From Phoronis australis (lineage: Eukaryota; Animalia; Phoronida), in the NCBI GenBank assembly GCA_002633005.1, contig NMRA01000318.1:361895-425894 (forward strand): a DNA stretch of 64,000 nucleotides. Direction: 5' to 3'. Position numbers and translations under genes: made by a program. This document shows, piece after piece, positions 26,032-39,760 of this stretch (position 1 is the stretch's first letter; the number at the start of each line of letters is the position of its first letter). Below the pieces are notes generated by a model. That model was not told the DNA's origin. It ran no database searches and worked only from the letters and a program-made list of their open reading frames with translations.

Positions 26032-27854
26032 ACGACCACACGAACCTGACCCACCAGAGTCGCGAGTTGTATCAGGAGGTCACGACCTCACAGCAGCAGC
26101 AGCAGCAGCAACAACAAAGACAGCAGCTGGATTTAAACTTCAGTGCAAAGTCTAAAAAACTGTTTGAAACTGCCGGAATCTTAAAATCGCCCGAAGACGA
26201 TTCCTATTATAAGAAATTAGTGGACTTCGAATCGGGCAGTGACCATGATTTTCTGGATGAAAAACCTGTAACCAATGGCGAATCAGCTGATAGAGAAGAG
26301 AGCGACACAACAAGTGTGTCTAAGCCGAATGAGGTATACAGTTATAGAGAACTGGAGGACGAATTCGGGAGTAAGAAAACAACCACGGCTAACTATGTTG
26401 AGCCCTCACAGTCAGGTGTGACTCAGAATAACTCCATGGTTGTTGAAAACACAGACAGAATCATCGGCCATGAACATGGTGTCAAACCACTTCTGGCCGA
26501 TGACTTAGACTCCGATTTTGATAATTTGCACTCGAGAGACGATGATAGCAACGACCCTAGCAGAAGCAGTTCGGCTTATAGCAGCAATGCTTTAGGTTCA
26601 TCAGCTGTGCAATCTCCAGCATCCCTAGATGATGCGGTTGACGTATTTGGCTCGGCTCCATTCGATCTGAAGAAACGGAAAAAGAAGAAGGTTCCACTTC
26701 CTGTGGCAAAGTCACATGACGTTGCCGATATCTTCAGCGCTGCACCGTTTCCGGCCAACCTGCCCAAATCGAAGTCTATGCCTGGCAGTTCGGGTGAGAC
26801 CCTCTCGGAACACGTGGCACCCAAGGGCTGGTCGGGCTCATATGAGAGTACCATAGACGTGTTTGGAAGCATGCCATTCCAGCCTGGCCCTGATCCGTTA
26901 AGGACCAATCCAGCTAGAGGACCTTTGACAGTGCACCACCATGCAGCTCCTGTCCCTCACCAACGACAATTTCATCCACCTCCATTCGAAGGCATTGCCC
27001 AACAACCGTCACAATCGGCTCCCTATCTGGGATTCAGCGATGCCCAACAGAACACAGTTATACCATCAACCAACCAAACGAACAATCAGTTTCCGCAGAA
27101 GTCCGCGTCAGCTGTGCAACAGAAACCCGAGTCACAAGCCACAGTTCGCCAAAATCCAGGCCTTGTGGCTCAAACACTGAGCAAACCAAGCCTTCAAACA
27201 GATGCGAGTGCTATGGGACACATTCAGAACAGGCAGGATCTCTTTGGTAGTGTTCCCTTCGATAGTATACCCAGTGGATCCGCTGACGACGACTTCAATC
27301 CCAGAGCCGTGGAACAGGAAAATCAACCCACGAGTCATGATCCTCGAAGACAAAGGGAGATTTATCGGAAACGTGAGTGCAACAAACCACAGCAGTACAA
27401 CGATATGTCTGCCAGCGTTGAGATCATTCAGGACGACAACGAGATTGAATTCATCTCGCGGACGGGCTCGCTGAAGAAGAAAAATCGTGGTCGCAAGAGT
27501 CCACGAAGTCCGAGGAGTCCTAAAAATGTGACTGCCTACGGCAACTTGAGCTTCGAAGACCCAGATGCATTCGGAAATGACTCCGGCGAGCGTCATGTAC
27601 CTATTACAAACATTCAGGTCCAAAAAGCATTCACCCTGGACGACATAGACCAATTGAAAGATGATGTGGCGGTTAAACGGCATGCGCGCAATACTTCCTA
27701 TGGACAAGCCACTGTCATAGGCGACATGATGAGCATTCACTCGTCTGGAGCTGATTTACGAACGATAGACGAAAACAAGAGTGCTAAGAAGAACAAGAGG
27801 CCGCCACTAGCAGTCGGTAGCCAACAATATGTCAGAAAGCCTGTTGCCAAGTAG
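26032..27854 (+). CDS. AAK1: AAK1/BMP2K long-isoform terminal exon (BMP2K C-terminal-like, endocytic motifs)
   Basis: tttttcag|AC acceptor in phase 1, in frame with the 595-aa ORF. Repeated D(V/I/L)F(G/S)xxPF motifs and DDDFNPR; stop TAG at 27854. Confidence 0.85.
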
Positions 27855-29211
27855 ATTGTGTGTTTTTGTGCCCTTCCTAGTACCAAATCTGTTCTGATCA
27901 ATTTTGTGAATGATTGTATAGTTGAATCAGGTTCGTCCTAAAATTTGTTGTGCTAATTTTATGTGCATGGAGTGAAATACTTTTTTGGTATCTGCTGTCT
28001 ATGCAAATAGGGCAAAACTTAAAAGAGTTTGTTCAATGCAACATTTGATAAACCTGCCACTTAAGGAAATGGCCGTTTCCGTGGTTGTTTAGACAATGAA
28101 TGTTGATGATGAATTCGAAGGTATTTCAACTTCCTATACGAGTTGGATTCGTTTGATTGTTGTTCACCTAGGATCGTTGTAGTCAGTACTCTGATAGTAC
28201 CCTAAGGGAGAAAAGTATAGAAACAACCAATTTAGATAGAATTCATTGTTTTGTAACACTTATGATTTTATTGTCAGTGTGGAATTTGAGGGTGCTGTGA
28301 GAGTTTGTGATGGTTCAATTAGACAGCAGATTTGGTTAATTCCTGGTGTTACAGTCATGATTCTTTACAGGCTAAAAGCTTCTCGAATTCGATGTTTTTG
28401 TATTGACAAGGGGAAGTGAGTGGCCATTGAAATGGTGGACTGTGAGTGATGCCAGACTGTCTTTGTCTTGGTGACTTTGTCCCAAACGTGTTCAGCGAGG
28501 TTTTTGTTGCTCATTTTTTATGTACTCCAGGTTTCTACCTTATCCAAGATTGCTTCTTTGAAAATGTTGACTTGATAGTTTTTAGAACACTTTTTGACGG
28601 TGGTGGCAGGAAAAGTTGATTGCATTTATGTGTCCTCGACTGTGAGCTCGCCCAAGAAGTGTTTCACTCTATGTGAGGCAGTCTTATCCGCGTCTACAGG
28701 GCTCCCGGTCTTACGGTTCTTAGTATAGTCTCACCGCGATGCGGCATCCAGAAGCAAATGTTACATCCTCTGAATTATTGAATAGTCCACTGGGGTTTCG
28801 TCAGGGCAACCCAATAATAGGGTAACGAAAATTGTGACACATGGACATTGCCTTTAACTTGAGTTGCCCACTCATTCCAAAATAATTCATGATCAAATGA
28901 CTCTAATGATTTTCAACCCTAAAAGAAGTGTTAGGAATTGAAAATCGACTGTTACACTGCAACGAAATGCCCCTTGAAAAAATTACTTTATGAATATATC
29001 TCTAAACTGGAACTAGGTGTCAAGTATTTGGGGTGTCTTGGCTGGTTTGAGTGCCGTGCCCGTCTGGACATAGTTTTGTTCTGAATAAGTTACTTAATAG
29101 GTTACCATCTTCTGTGTCAAAATTTTGTATTTATTTATGTTGATTGTATATGATTGACGATGTAGATTGGTTGTGTAGAGAGTGTATATACATGTGATAT
29201 CACACACACTG

Positions 29212-29217
29212 AATAAA
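29212..29217 (+). terminator. Candidate polyadenylation signal of the kinase gene
   Basis: AATAAA ~1.36 kb after the stop, preceded by U-rich/TGTA sequence and just before repeat DNA begins. Confidence 0.5.
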
Positions 29218-29374
29218 GTGCAATGCTCAGTTGAGAAGTTGCCGTAACTTGACATTCAACCTGAATGTAGCAACTAAGTTGGGGACTCCATTAGTTATAG
29301 AAACTGTGCTGTTCAACAGGATAGTTGGAGAACCAGTGGGACGTAATTCACACTTTTGAGTGCAAAAGTTTTGA

Positions 29375-31720
29375 GTGCACAAGCCTGGGCTTTGGTCACT
29401 GGGTCCAAAAGAAGATCCAAAAATCTATTTTGTTAAAATTTCGAGTTCAAAAAAAATCCGTTTCAAGTGTATTTCATTCAAAACACCACTCAAATCAAAG
29501 TAATGCATCTTAAAGGACTCGAAAGTGCCTGGCGTTATTAATTAAAACGCCTACTAATTAACGAGCAACTATCGATTTGTCAGCTGAGTGCTAAAACAAT
29601 TCTTTTTCCAAAATATGGTTTACTAACTCTGACACCATATCCACAATTTAAGACGCGATTTTTCTTGAGATTTGTAGATTAGACGGGGTGCTTGGATCCC
29701 ATGAAGTGACCATAAAAAGACTCCCAAAATGAACTTGTATAAAAGGGAGAATACGAAAATTTTGATTACGACTATGGATTTAACATTATTTCAAATGGAC
29801 AAAAATACAACCTATGACATGAAAAATTATTAAGACACTTATTAATTAACGGCCAATTAACAAAGAAATACAACTGAAGACATCAATTTTCGGGAGTTAT
29901 TAATTACGAAACTTACTAATTAACGACCAGTTAAAGATTTACTCACACATTCAATAAAAACGAACAAAGATACGTCTGGTGTAACTGGCTAAGTTGGGAT
30001 CAAATTACAGCTGAGCTGCTTTAAGTATGTCTAGTGGTAACAAATCAGTACATGGAATTGTGATGCATGGCACATTCTATTGTTTCATGTTATTAGCTCG
30101 AAATCCAAAACGCAATTAAACTGCAAGCATCTAAGTTGTGATGGTCGTCACTCTCTTCATCGAATGATTCCATTCTTGTATTGTTAGAGGATCGTGATAT
30201 TCGTTTACTTCACTCTGTCCATACCATCATCTCTCAGCATCTCCACCATTATCATCTGGCTCTGTTTCGACTTGAACCTCTGGAATGAGCGCTGGGGGCA
30301 TCTGTTCTCTACTGAACCAAATGATGTGAAATTCGTCGTCAACATTTTCCCATTGGTGGGTGTTATGTCCAAGATTTGGAGATGAACGCTACCCCGTAGT
30401 CTAGCAACAAATGCATTTGTTGTGTCCTCGTGAAGCGCTAGTTACGCTTAACACGGTGGAATACTGCTTCCCTCGGTGCATGAGTGCTTAGCGTTGACTT
30501 TCATCTGTTCGTTTTGTCGACCTCGTTGAACCCGTGATGGTTGAGTGGGACAAGCTTCCATGCTCCAAACCAACACACAAAACAAAATTCTACAAGATTT
30601 TGGTGACTCCTTCTGTTAAGACATTGCGGCTCAATGAAGCAAAAGCTTTCTGGAACTTATCACTTTTTGCCACAGTAGCATATGGTCTGTTCTTACTTTT
30701 CGTTACAAATGCAGAGGTATAGTCTAATTCAGTGGCAGCGTGAAGTAGAGTACAGCACACATAGCTTGTGCTATCACACTATAGATCTTAGTTATGTTTA
30801 AATTACGCAGATCGTCTTGTCTTATAGCTTCAACCTCCAGCCACACCGTGAGTGTAACACAATGGACATGGAGTAGATAAGCTCTTAACTAGTGTAACGA
30901 TGTCGCCAGGTGCGGACCTGCTCGCCTCAATCATATTGAGGATGACTCTGGTGTCGGGTTCCGAGTGATTACAATTTAGAGAAGGAACTGATTCTGTGCA
31001 TACTTCTCATTTTTAACAAAGTACAGAGTGCACTCTCCCATCACATCATATACACCTCCCCTCCATCTAGGAGTGGACTGTAGAAGTTGCTCGACCAATC
31101 CTTGGTGAGAAATCCTGATGGCTGCCATTTGAACAACTCCCTCTCGAGTTGTTTCTTGAAGCTTAAGTCTCTTTTCTGTTCAGGTCGTGGATATGTTGTC
31201 CAAGATTGCTTATTTATCTTTTGGGAAAAGACTTTTTGTTGCACTTTTAAAAGAGTTGAAATAAATTGTTAATTAATAAGTGTCAAACAAAATGATTTTA
31301 TACGTCTTATGGTGTATTTTTGTTTATTTTAAAATTAAAGTCTTTTATCCAGAAATCAAAATTGTCCTACTTCTTCTAGTTCTTTTTGGGGTCTTGTTAT
31401 CCCTTGGGGTCAAACACCCCGTCTAATCTGCACACTCCAGGAAAAATGGCATCTTAAAAGTTGTGGATATGGTGTCCATTGTTACTAAACTAGCTTTTGG
31501 AAAAAGTTTTTGTTCTTAAAAGTTGAAATAAATCCTTAATTGGTGGTAAATTAGTAGGCAACCTAATTAATAACCCAATACATTTTCACTTAAAAGTTGC
31601 ATCATTCAGTTTAGTGTGGTGATTTGAATGAAATAAACTTGAAACAGATGTACTCGAACTTAATGTATTTTGGGTCCTCTTTTAGACCCACCAGGGACCA
31701 ATGCCCAGGATTGTTCAACT
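29375..31720. mobile_element. Old foldback-type non-autonomous DNA element with long diverged TIRs
   Basis: ~29375-29730 is the diverged reverse complement of ~31380-31720 (e.g. GACACCATATCCACAA/TTGTGGATATGGTGTC and GATTAGACGGGGTG/CACCCCGTCTAATC). Confidence 0.65.
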
Positions 31721-32438
31721 TAAGACGCACCTTTCCTTCAATGGTAGGTGATTTACAATAGAATTACATGCTCAAACCCTTTGTGAATAGTCATGTTGGC
31801 TCTCCAACTAATTACATGCAGCCATGCATTGTTGTCGCCACTTCCCTTGACGACAGCTGGTTCTGGCCATGCCGTGTACAATCGTACATCGGATATTTCT
31901 TTTTCTCATAGCGCATGTGCTGGCGATCGATCGTAAACAAAGATTTATGCGATTTTTAGTATGCAAATTCAGTAAAATTCATAAACCGCGACACGCTACC
32001 AGAGAAATAAGTCAAAATTCATGGAGACCCCAAACGATGGCCCGGTCGTCTACCATGCTTTCCCGGTTGTCAGTCAAGTATTTGCACGCGTGTAAATAAC
32101 ATTCGAGATCAATGGTTTTAAATGAGTCAAGGTCGTAAAAATATGACTTCTTTGCAGTTTTTTTGGCAAAAAGCTTTCAGTGGCCTAAGTGTAAGCATAG
32201 AACTCTGGCCCTGGAATGCCAACTCCTGCAAGTAACCAGTGCATTATTAGAGTTTGCTACCTCGAGACTAGACTGGAGAGTGAAGGCCAAGAATATCCAC
32301 ACACTCTTATTTTTCAAAAAAAAAACAAGTGAAACCATCCTCAATGCATATTTTCACTACAAGGTGAACAAAACGTACAAATAAGGTTAAATAGACCTCC
32401 TACTGGCAATAAAGTCAGGGTAAAAACTTGTTTTAACC

Positions 32439-33445
32439 AACAAGAGCAACGCTGAGCATTGAAATGCGCCCACGAATACGCCGCAAACGGTGTGCTTCTA
32501 GGCCAGGGTTGTTTATCTGTATCATAAAAATGGCGCAAAAACGTTGAATCTATCCAAAAACGGAACGGGAACGTGCCATCGCTTCCTTAACACATAGTCA
32601 TTTATCAAATCTCACAAAATATGTGAATGAACTTCATAGAAATAAAGGAAAACGGAAAAAATAAATTACCACTAGGGGATACAGCGTTTGTTGGATCTGC
32701 CTGAAAGTCGTCGTCTGTTGTTAGCTTCATATAAATACACTTTCTAAATTTAATAAAGAGTGTTTAGGAGGGCACAAAACAAAACATAGCTACTACTAGG
32801 AGGTGCCACATTAGTCGAAGTCGTCATCGTCGATCGACCTCTTTACACTGAGAACATTATATATTAGGCTGTAAGCCAATTTTCAAAATCATCTTTAGAA
32901 TAGTTTGGTTAGATAGAGGGGTGGATACCACAAAACAGACTCAAAAACCGCAAAAATGGCCACCAAGTGGGGCAAAATATCTTGATTTCGTCTGAAAACA
33001 GGAGGATAGCATCTGCTCACCAATAGATGCCAATACGCCAAATTTTCATGAAAATACGTTGAGGACCTTTGAATATAGGCCTACATATCGAGGTAAACGT
33101 AAAAAATAAAATTGCCACTAGGGGCAAATCCGTCCGAAAGTCGTCGTCGTCCGTTGTCAACATCATATAAATACACTTGCTAAATTTAGTAAAGATCCTG
33201 CAAACGGTTTAGGAGATACCTGCAGCCATGGGCGCAAAAAACAAAACTGTCACTAGGAAGCGCCACAGTAGTTGAAGTCGTAGGAAAATCGGCAGCTGTC
33301 CTCTTCATAGGAAGAGAAAACATGCCAATTTTCACAATCATCCTTAGAGCGGTTTGATTGACAGAGGGGAGGACGCGAAAAAACGGACTCGAAAACAGTA
33401 AATAGCCATTAGGTGGCTTAAACTACGACGAATCCATCCGAAACG
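32439..33445 (+). mobile_element. Helentron-associated (HINE-like) non-autonomous element, 5' part
   Basis: Starts AACAAGAGCAACGCTGAGCATTGAAATGCGCCCA, followed by ~150-bp degenerate subrepeats carrying GCCACTAGG. Confidence 0.6.
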
Positions 33446-33555
33446 CAGATTAGAGCAGCAACAGCTAGGAGGGCAGCGACAACAAGAAGAGCTGGATGAA
33501 GTACAAGCAGTTTTAGATCAGAATAAGTGACAGATAAGAACCATACCAAATATAT

Positions 33556-34640
33556 ATTTTTGTTATGCACCCATCCGTCCGGGCGACGACGGTCCGTCCG
33601 GCGTCCGCTGCTCTATCTCCAAAACCGACGATGGACGTATGCTCGTGAAATTTTGCACATGCCCTTTTGGATGGAACGGCATGAGCGAACTTTCGGACGG
33701 ATCCGACTACCGGTGTGCCCCCTAGTGGCAATTTTAGTTTTTTACGTTTACCTCTGTATCTTCAAAGGTCCTCAAGGTGTTTTCATGAAACTTGGTATAT
33801 AGGCATCTATTAGTGAAACGAAGACATTCTCTCATTTTCGGATGGATTCGACATAGTTTATTTTTACTGTTTTCGAGTCTGTGTTTTGACGTCCACCCCT
33901 CTATCACCCAGCCGGTCTAAGCATGAGAGTGAAAATTGGCATGTTCTTACTATGAATAGGACGGTTGACGATGATTTTCTGATGACTTCAACTACTGTGG
34001 TGCCTCCTAGTGTCAGTTTTTTTGCACCTATGGCTTCATCTCCTAAACCGTTTTGCAGCATATTTACTAAATTTGGTAAGTGCATTGATATCACGTGACG
34101 TTGTCAATGGACGATGACGACTTTCGGACAGATCTGACAACTGGTGTGCCACCTAGTGGCAACTTTATTTTTTACGTTTTCCTCTGTATCTTCAAAGGTC
34201 CTCAACGTATTTTCTTAAAATTTGGCGTATAGGCTTCTGTTAGTGAGGAGGCTCTATCTTTCCATTTTTAGATGGATTCGACCTAGTTTGCGCCACCCAG
34301 TGGCCATTTTTACTGTTTGCGAGTCTGTTTTTGGCATCCACCGCTCTATAAACCAAACCGATTCAGGATAATTGTGAAAATTGGCATGTATGTTTTTACT
34401 ATGAAGTGGACGGCTGACGATGATTTTGCGATGACTTCGACTACTGTGGCGCCTCCTAGTGACAGTTTCTTTTTTGCGCCCATAGCTGTGTCTCCAAAAG
34501 CGTTTGGAGGATCTTTACTAAATTTAAGAAGTGTTTATATGATGTTGGCAACGCACGACGATGATTTTGGGATGGATCTGAGTACTGGTATGCCCCCTGG
34601 TGGCAATTTAAGTTTTACGTTTACCTCTGTATCCCTTTCG
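33556..34640 (-). mobile_element. HINE-like element, 3' part, inverted copy
   Basis: CCTAGTGGC subrepeats. The minus strand ends GGACG-rich...TGGGTGCATAACAAAAA. Confidence 0.6.
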
Positions 34641-35449
34641 AATGTCGGGGATGCAGCCATCAAGAGTTGAGTAACCGTGGACCAACACGGAGAAGTTAAA
34701 TGACCGGTAGCAATGAGTTGCCTCAAGTAGCTATAGCTCAGATCTAACAGTGCTAAAATACGAAATTCCCGACGAACTAAATAAAAGCTATTGGCTGGTC
34801 AGCTCAGCTTTGATTCACTTGCGACAGGCAGCTCTTACTGGCCGTCTACGCTACCTCTTAACTCACGATTCGTTTTACTCATGATTGTGATCCAGTTTCG
34901 GAAAAACTTCATTTTACTATGGTCATTCTTTGAAGTTTTTTATTGAAAACATGAGGTATCAAGGTTCCTGGTATACTGCCTTTGGGGCTGCTTCAAAATC
35001 TTTCTGGTGTTTGGGGAGAATAATACAGTGTTTCCCAAAAACGTACATACTTCAATGCTTGGAGTTCAAATTCAGCTCCCGTGGTAATACTGTTTGTGTG
35101 ATGCTGTGAACATTTTGTGAGCGAAAACTGAATTGTTGGATATGGAAATCATAAAAGACGGTAATAGATGTCTGACATCGGACAAATGAAAACAATGATA
35201 CAATGAAGTACTGTCACTTCATTTTATGTTTTCAATGTGGAGGAGGATTTTAGATTCATCTTTTATATCCGCTTTATACGACCGTCCACTTTGAGCTGAC
35301 TTGGGGGCCTGAACTGCATCTTCCCTGGGTTACATCAAAATGAGGCAGTGTTATAACAAAAGCAATGCTGGGTCGTTGCCATGCGCCCACACTTCATCGC
35401 ATACGATGATTCTAGGGGCTACTAGGAGGTGCTGTAGCAGTTGCATCAG

Positions 35450-36500
35450 CCAGAAAATCAACTGGTGCCGGCACATTGTCATCATATACCGCCAAGTAAC
35501 GTTTTCATTGAAATCCGTCAATCAGTTCTATACATTAAAGCCAGAAACGCTCTTCTAATGAACACTTGAAAAGCCCGTTCTCGAGAACAAAATATTGCTG
35601 GCATATGGTCATCATATGACTATGTAAAGTTTCAGTGAAATTCATCAATCGGTTCTCTAGAGACCATCCAAAAAGCAAAATAGTCACTAGGAGGTGCTAC
35701 GGTAGTCGAATCCACCCGAAAATTTAATGGTGCCGCCGCTTTGTCATGTCAAACCACTGTATCAACTTTCATTGAAATCCGTAAATCCGTTCTACAGTTA
35801 TCATCCGGATCCGCTCTCTCACAAAATGGCCACTGAGGCCCTAAAGTAGCCACAGAACGAAAATCAATTGGCGGCGGTGCAACATCATCATATACCTTTG
35901 CGTCAAGTTTCAGTGAAATTTACCAATCGGTTGTCTTAGAATTATCAGGAAACGGTCTACCGCCAAACAACACTTCAAGAGCCCGGTGCTACCGGTAGTT
36001 GAAAATTTAATGGTGCCGGGCACGGGCACATTGATATCACACACCTTTGTGTCAGGTTTCATTGTAATTCGTTAATTCGTTCTCTAGATATCCGGCCACT
36101 AGGACACTTTGCAGTATTCGAAATCAAGTGGTGCCGCCGCAAATATACCTCTGTGTTAAGTTTCAACTTCATCTGCCCATCAGTTTTCTAGATATCACCC
36201 GGAAACGCTCTTCTACCCAAAACAACATGAACAGTCCATCGTTGAGAACAAAATGGCCACTAGGAGGTGCTACAGTGATTGAATCCACCCGACAATTTAA
36301 TCCGGTGCCGGAGCATTGAAATTACACACCTGCATAGGCGGATTTTGGAGGGGCAGGGGCCCACCCCCTTCCTTGACAGCTGAAAAAAATAAAACAGCAA
36401 GAACGTGAAAATATTGAGTTTATTTATTAACCTCGGTAATTAACATGCGAGTGGACGAAGATTTACACTTGTCAAGGTTTAGTTTGTGCTTTCACCTGTG

Positions 36501-36546
<46 letters not shown>

Positions 36547-36960
36547 TGTGTGTTTGGCGGGAGCTCGCACCTTCTTTTAGTCCTTTGTATTTTAGTAAAA
36601 GGTCAACATCCTCCGAAATTCAAGCGCCCCGAGGCTGGGTGCACGCATGCAATCGTGCTTTGCGCCACTGCCCGAGGCAAAATGTTGCTCCCCCCATGAT
36701 ATCCTTGATCCGTCACTGAAGTGGGTGTCAAGTTTCATTGAAATCCATCGATGCGTTTTCTAAATATAATCTGGAAACACTCTTACCCCCAAAAATACAG
36801 AAAAGCCACCCCCCCCCCCCGACCACAGGCTGGGGGCAGGGCACATTGAAAAGTGACATGAACCATTTTAATGATGCCACACCCTTGAGCCACACATGCA
36901 CGAACGCGCACATACGCACACAAACTCAAGCGCGCACATACACACAAACACACAGGCGCA
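35450..36960 (+). repeat. Degenerate ~130-150-bp tandem array (second HINE-like family), interrupted by a probable MITE and (GT)n
   Basis: Recurrent AAGTTTCA(T/G)TGAAAT..TCAATCGGTT.TCTAGA and TGGTGCCG motifs. The insert at ~36333-36718 has GGCGGAT / ATCCGTCACTG ends; (GT)n at 36498-36552. Confidence 0.55.
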
Positions 36961-37139
36961 TAAAAAACGAGACGGTACCAAACATTGAATGCATTGCAGC
37001 GGAAGCCGAGAGATTGGTGTCATTTTTTTCTCAGATTATGGTTCAATTAAGTACGGTTTTATAAAATGTCATGTTTAGGTTCAGACAGTTTTTTAGCTAC
37101 AGTCAGTGCATATTTTCTCACATAGATTTCTCGAAACAT

Positions 37140-38150
37140 ATGCACCTGTCACGCACAGCAGCTGCCTGAAAGTGGTCATCGTCTGTTCTCAACTTCACAT
37201 GAATACTCTTGCTAAATTTAATAAAGATCCTGCAGCGGATTTAGGACATACAGCTGTGGGTGCAAAAAACTGCCACTAAGAGGTGCCACAGTGGTCAAAG
37301 TCCTCATCTTCAACCGTCCTGTTCATACTGAGAACAGATATGGTAATTTTCATAATCATCCTTGGAATGGTTTGCTTGATAGAGGGGCGGATGCCAAAAA
37401 CATATTCAAAAACACCATAAATGACCATTAGGTGGCGCAAAATACCTCAAATACTTCCGAAAATGGATAGCGTCACATCACCAATAGATGCCTATATTCC
37501 AAATTTCATGAAAATCCATTGAGAACTTTTGAAGATACAGAGGTAAATGCAAAAAAGTAAAAATTGCCACTAGGAGGTACACCAGTATACAGATCCGTCC
37601 AAAAGTTGTCATCGTCGGTTGTCAACTTCACTTGCTACATTTTGTAAAGATCTTGCAGAGAGTTTAGGAGACGGGCGCAAAAAACAATACTGCTACTAGG
37701 GAAGTGCCACAGTACCTGGAGCCTTCCTCTTCATAGTAAGAAAAATTGCCAATTTTCGCAATCATCCTCAGAGCAATGAGGGTGAGGGGCAAACGCCAAA
37801 AAGCAGACACGAAAATAGTAAAAATTCCCACTAGGTGGCGCAAAATACCTCGAATCAGCAAGTCTGAAAACAGAGGATAGCATCATCCCACTTATAGATG
37901 CTTATGTGCCACATTTCACGAAAAATCCGTGGGCGACCTTTAAAGATACAGAAGTAAATGTAAAAAGTTGCCACTAGGGTGACACCGGTAGTCGGATAGT
38001 CATCTGTTGTCAGCTTCAAACCCATCTACCAAACTTCATCAAGATCCTGTGAAGGATTTAGGAGATGCAGCTGCGGACGCTGGACGTCGGAGGCCTAGAT
38101 AGAGATGACGGTAATATGCACCCACATATAAATACATGGGCACATAAAAA
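37140..38150 (+). mobile_element. HINE-like element with intact 3' end
   Basis: GCCACTAGG subrepeats, then a GGACG tract, the hairpin ATGCACCCA..TGGGCACAT (38116-38145) and AAAAA. Confidence 0.65.
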
Positions 38151-39760
38151 GTAAATGTGAATAAACAAATTTTCTAACAGATATCAAAATTGCATTACTA
38201 AGCATACATATAAATTTGTCATAGCGCACACATTAATTGGACATCGAATTTTGCAACGAATGGCTTGCCAGAGACATAAGGCCAAATATCGGACGATCTT
38301 ATTGTGGCCAAAAACTGATTTAATAAGCCAAAATGTTTGCATTATCTATCATCACTAGATTTGAACACCAGAATTTGGTTAAATATCCCTAGAACAAGAT
38401 TAACAATTCTTGAGCGGGTGAGTCTTTCACTATCTACAACTTCTGATGACTACTTTTGACACACATTATATATTCAACAGTTTGTTTTCTATTATACAGA
38501 AAATAGTCTTCTTTCTGACAACTTGATTGCATCACGCCTCACTTAATCTGTATAAAAATGATAACTGCTATGAACTCAGCAATTTTGCCATTTTGTGTTG
38601 CAATGTAGGTTATAGCATATGCTCATGCTGCACCCCTTTCTTGATGTATGATCAGGGTGGCTACCAACTAGGCATCAATGGTTACCACTTTTGTGCAAGC
38701 TCCCCTCGCCACCAACGAGGTACCTCCGGCCTCTAGATTAGGAACCAATTCATTTACAATATTTACAAAGATTTCAGGTAACCATTTTATCTGTGGTTTC
38801 CCTAAGCCAGTCAGCTATAATTTATGCACTTGCAAGTTTCAACCAACAAAAGTCTGCTGCACGTGTTGTCAGCCATCAGTTTCACAGCAGGTGTTCATCC
38901 AAGGCACGGGAGACATCCTTCAGTATAATGAAGGACTGGATATCTTTAAAAAAGCCAAGGAACTCACCAGGTATGAGATCTAACATCTATAACAACAACC
39001 ACTGCATAAACAATTATGAGCCATGATATCCCTCAGTTTCCTCAATGTCGTTTCGCACCTACAAGACCAAGCATTCAGATAATTGGCTTTGATGCAGCAA
39101 AATGCCTGCATGGATCTATCACATGGCTTTAATGGGTAACTCAGGAATGATCCCCAACATCAGTAACGCAATACCGTTTTAAGGCTATCATGGACATTTA
39201 CCCTTAATAAATTGTGGTTGCGCTCCATTGGTTGTGCCACCCTTAATAATCTTCCAGTGCATAATAATCTCTCATTTGGGAACCAACATGCACACATTTG
39301 GGATGCACTCAGGCTTTGAGGTCCACGGAGTCCAAGGTCCGGGACCCCTCCTGCTGTCACTTTTGCATTGCTGTATTGAGAAAATAATACGACCCTGCCT
39401 CTATCAATTGTGAGAAGCCCTCTTTGGTCAGAATATTGGGTACCAACCATTCTACGAATGCCGATGATCATTCAAAGACACTTCAGTGTGTGGTAACAAA
39501 TTATACATTGTAGGTATCATTGTAAATTTTAGTGATCTTATCACAACCATAAGTATCCTGCCTGCTTCACAAATTCTGGGTCGGCTGTAAAGGCCAGTGG
39601 TTTAAAACAAAACTGGACGGCAACATTCAATGAACTCATTTTTTCTCAGATACAACGATAGGAGTTCCAGTTTACGTGTTCTGTAGAACACATTTTGAAG
39701 GGTGGTCCATTAATGTTATCACAAGTAGTCGCCAAAAATATAAAAGCGAAAAACACTTAC

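Noticed and set aside
26576-27740. 110-aa and 202-aa minus-strand ORFs
   Set aside because: Antisense to the kinase terminal exon, with no recognisable motifs.
38650-39520. Possible very decayed Tc1-like transposase (HIWDAL at ~39292)
   Set aside because: Only one short motif is recognisable and no TIRs were found, so support is too weak.
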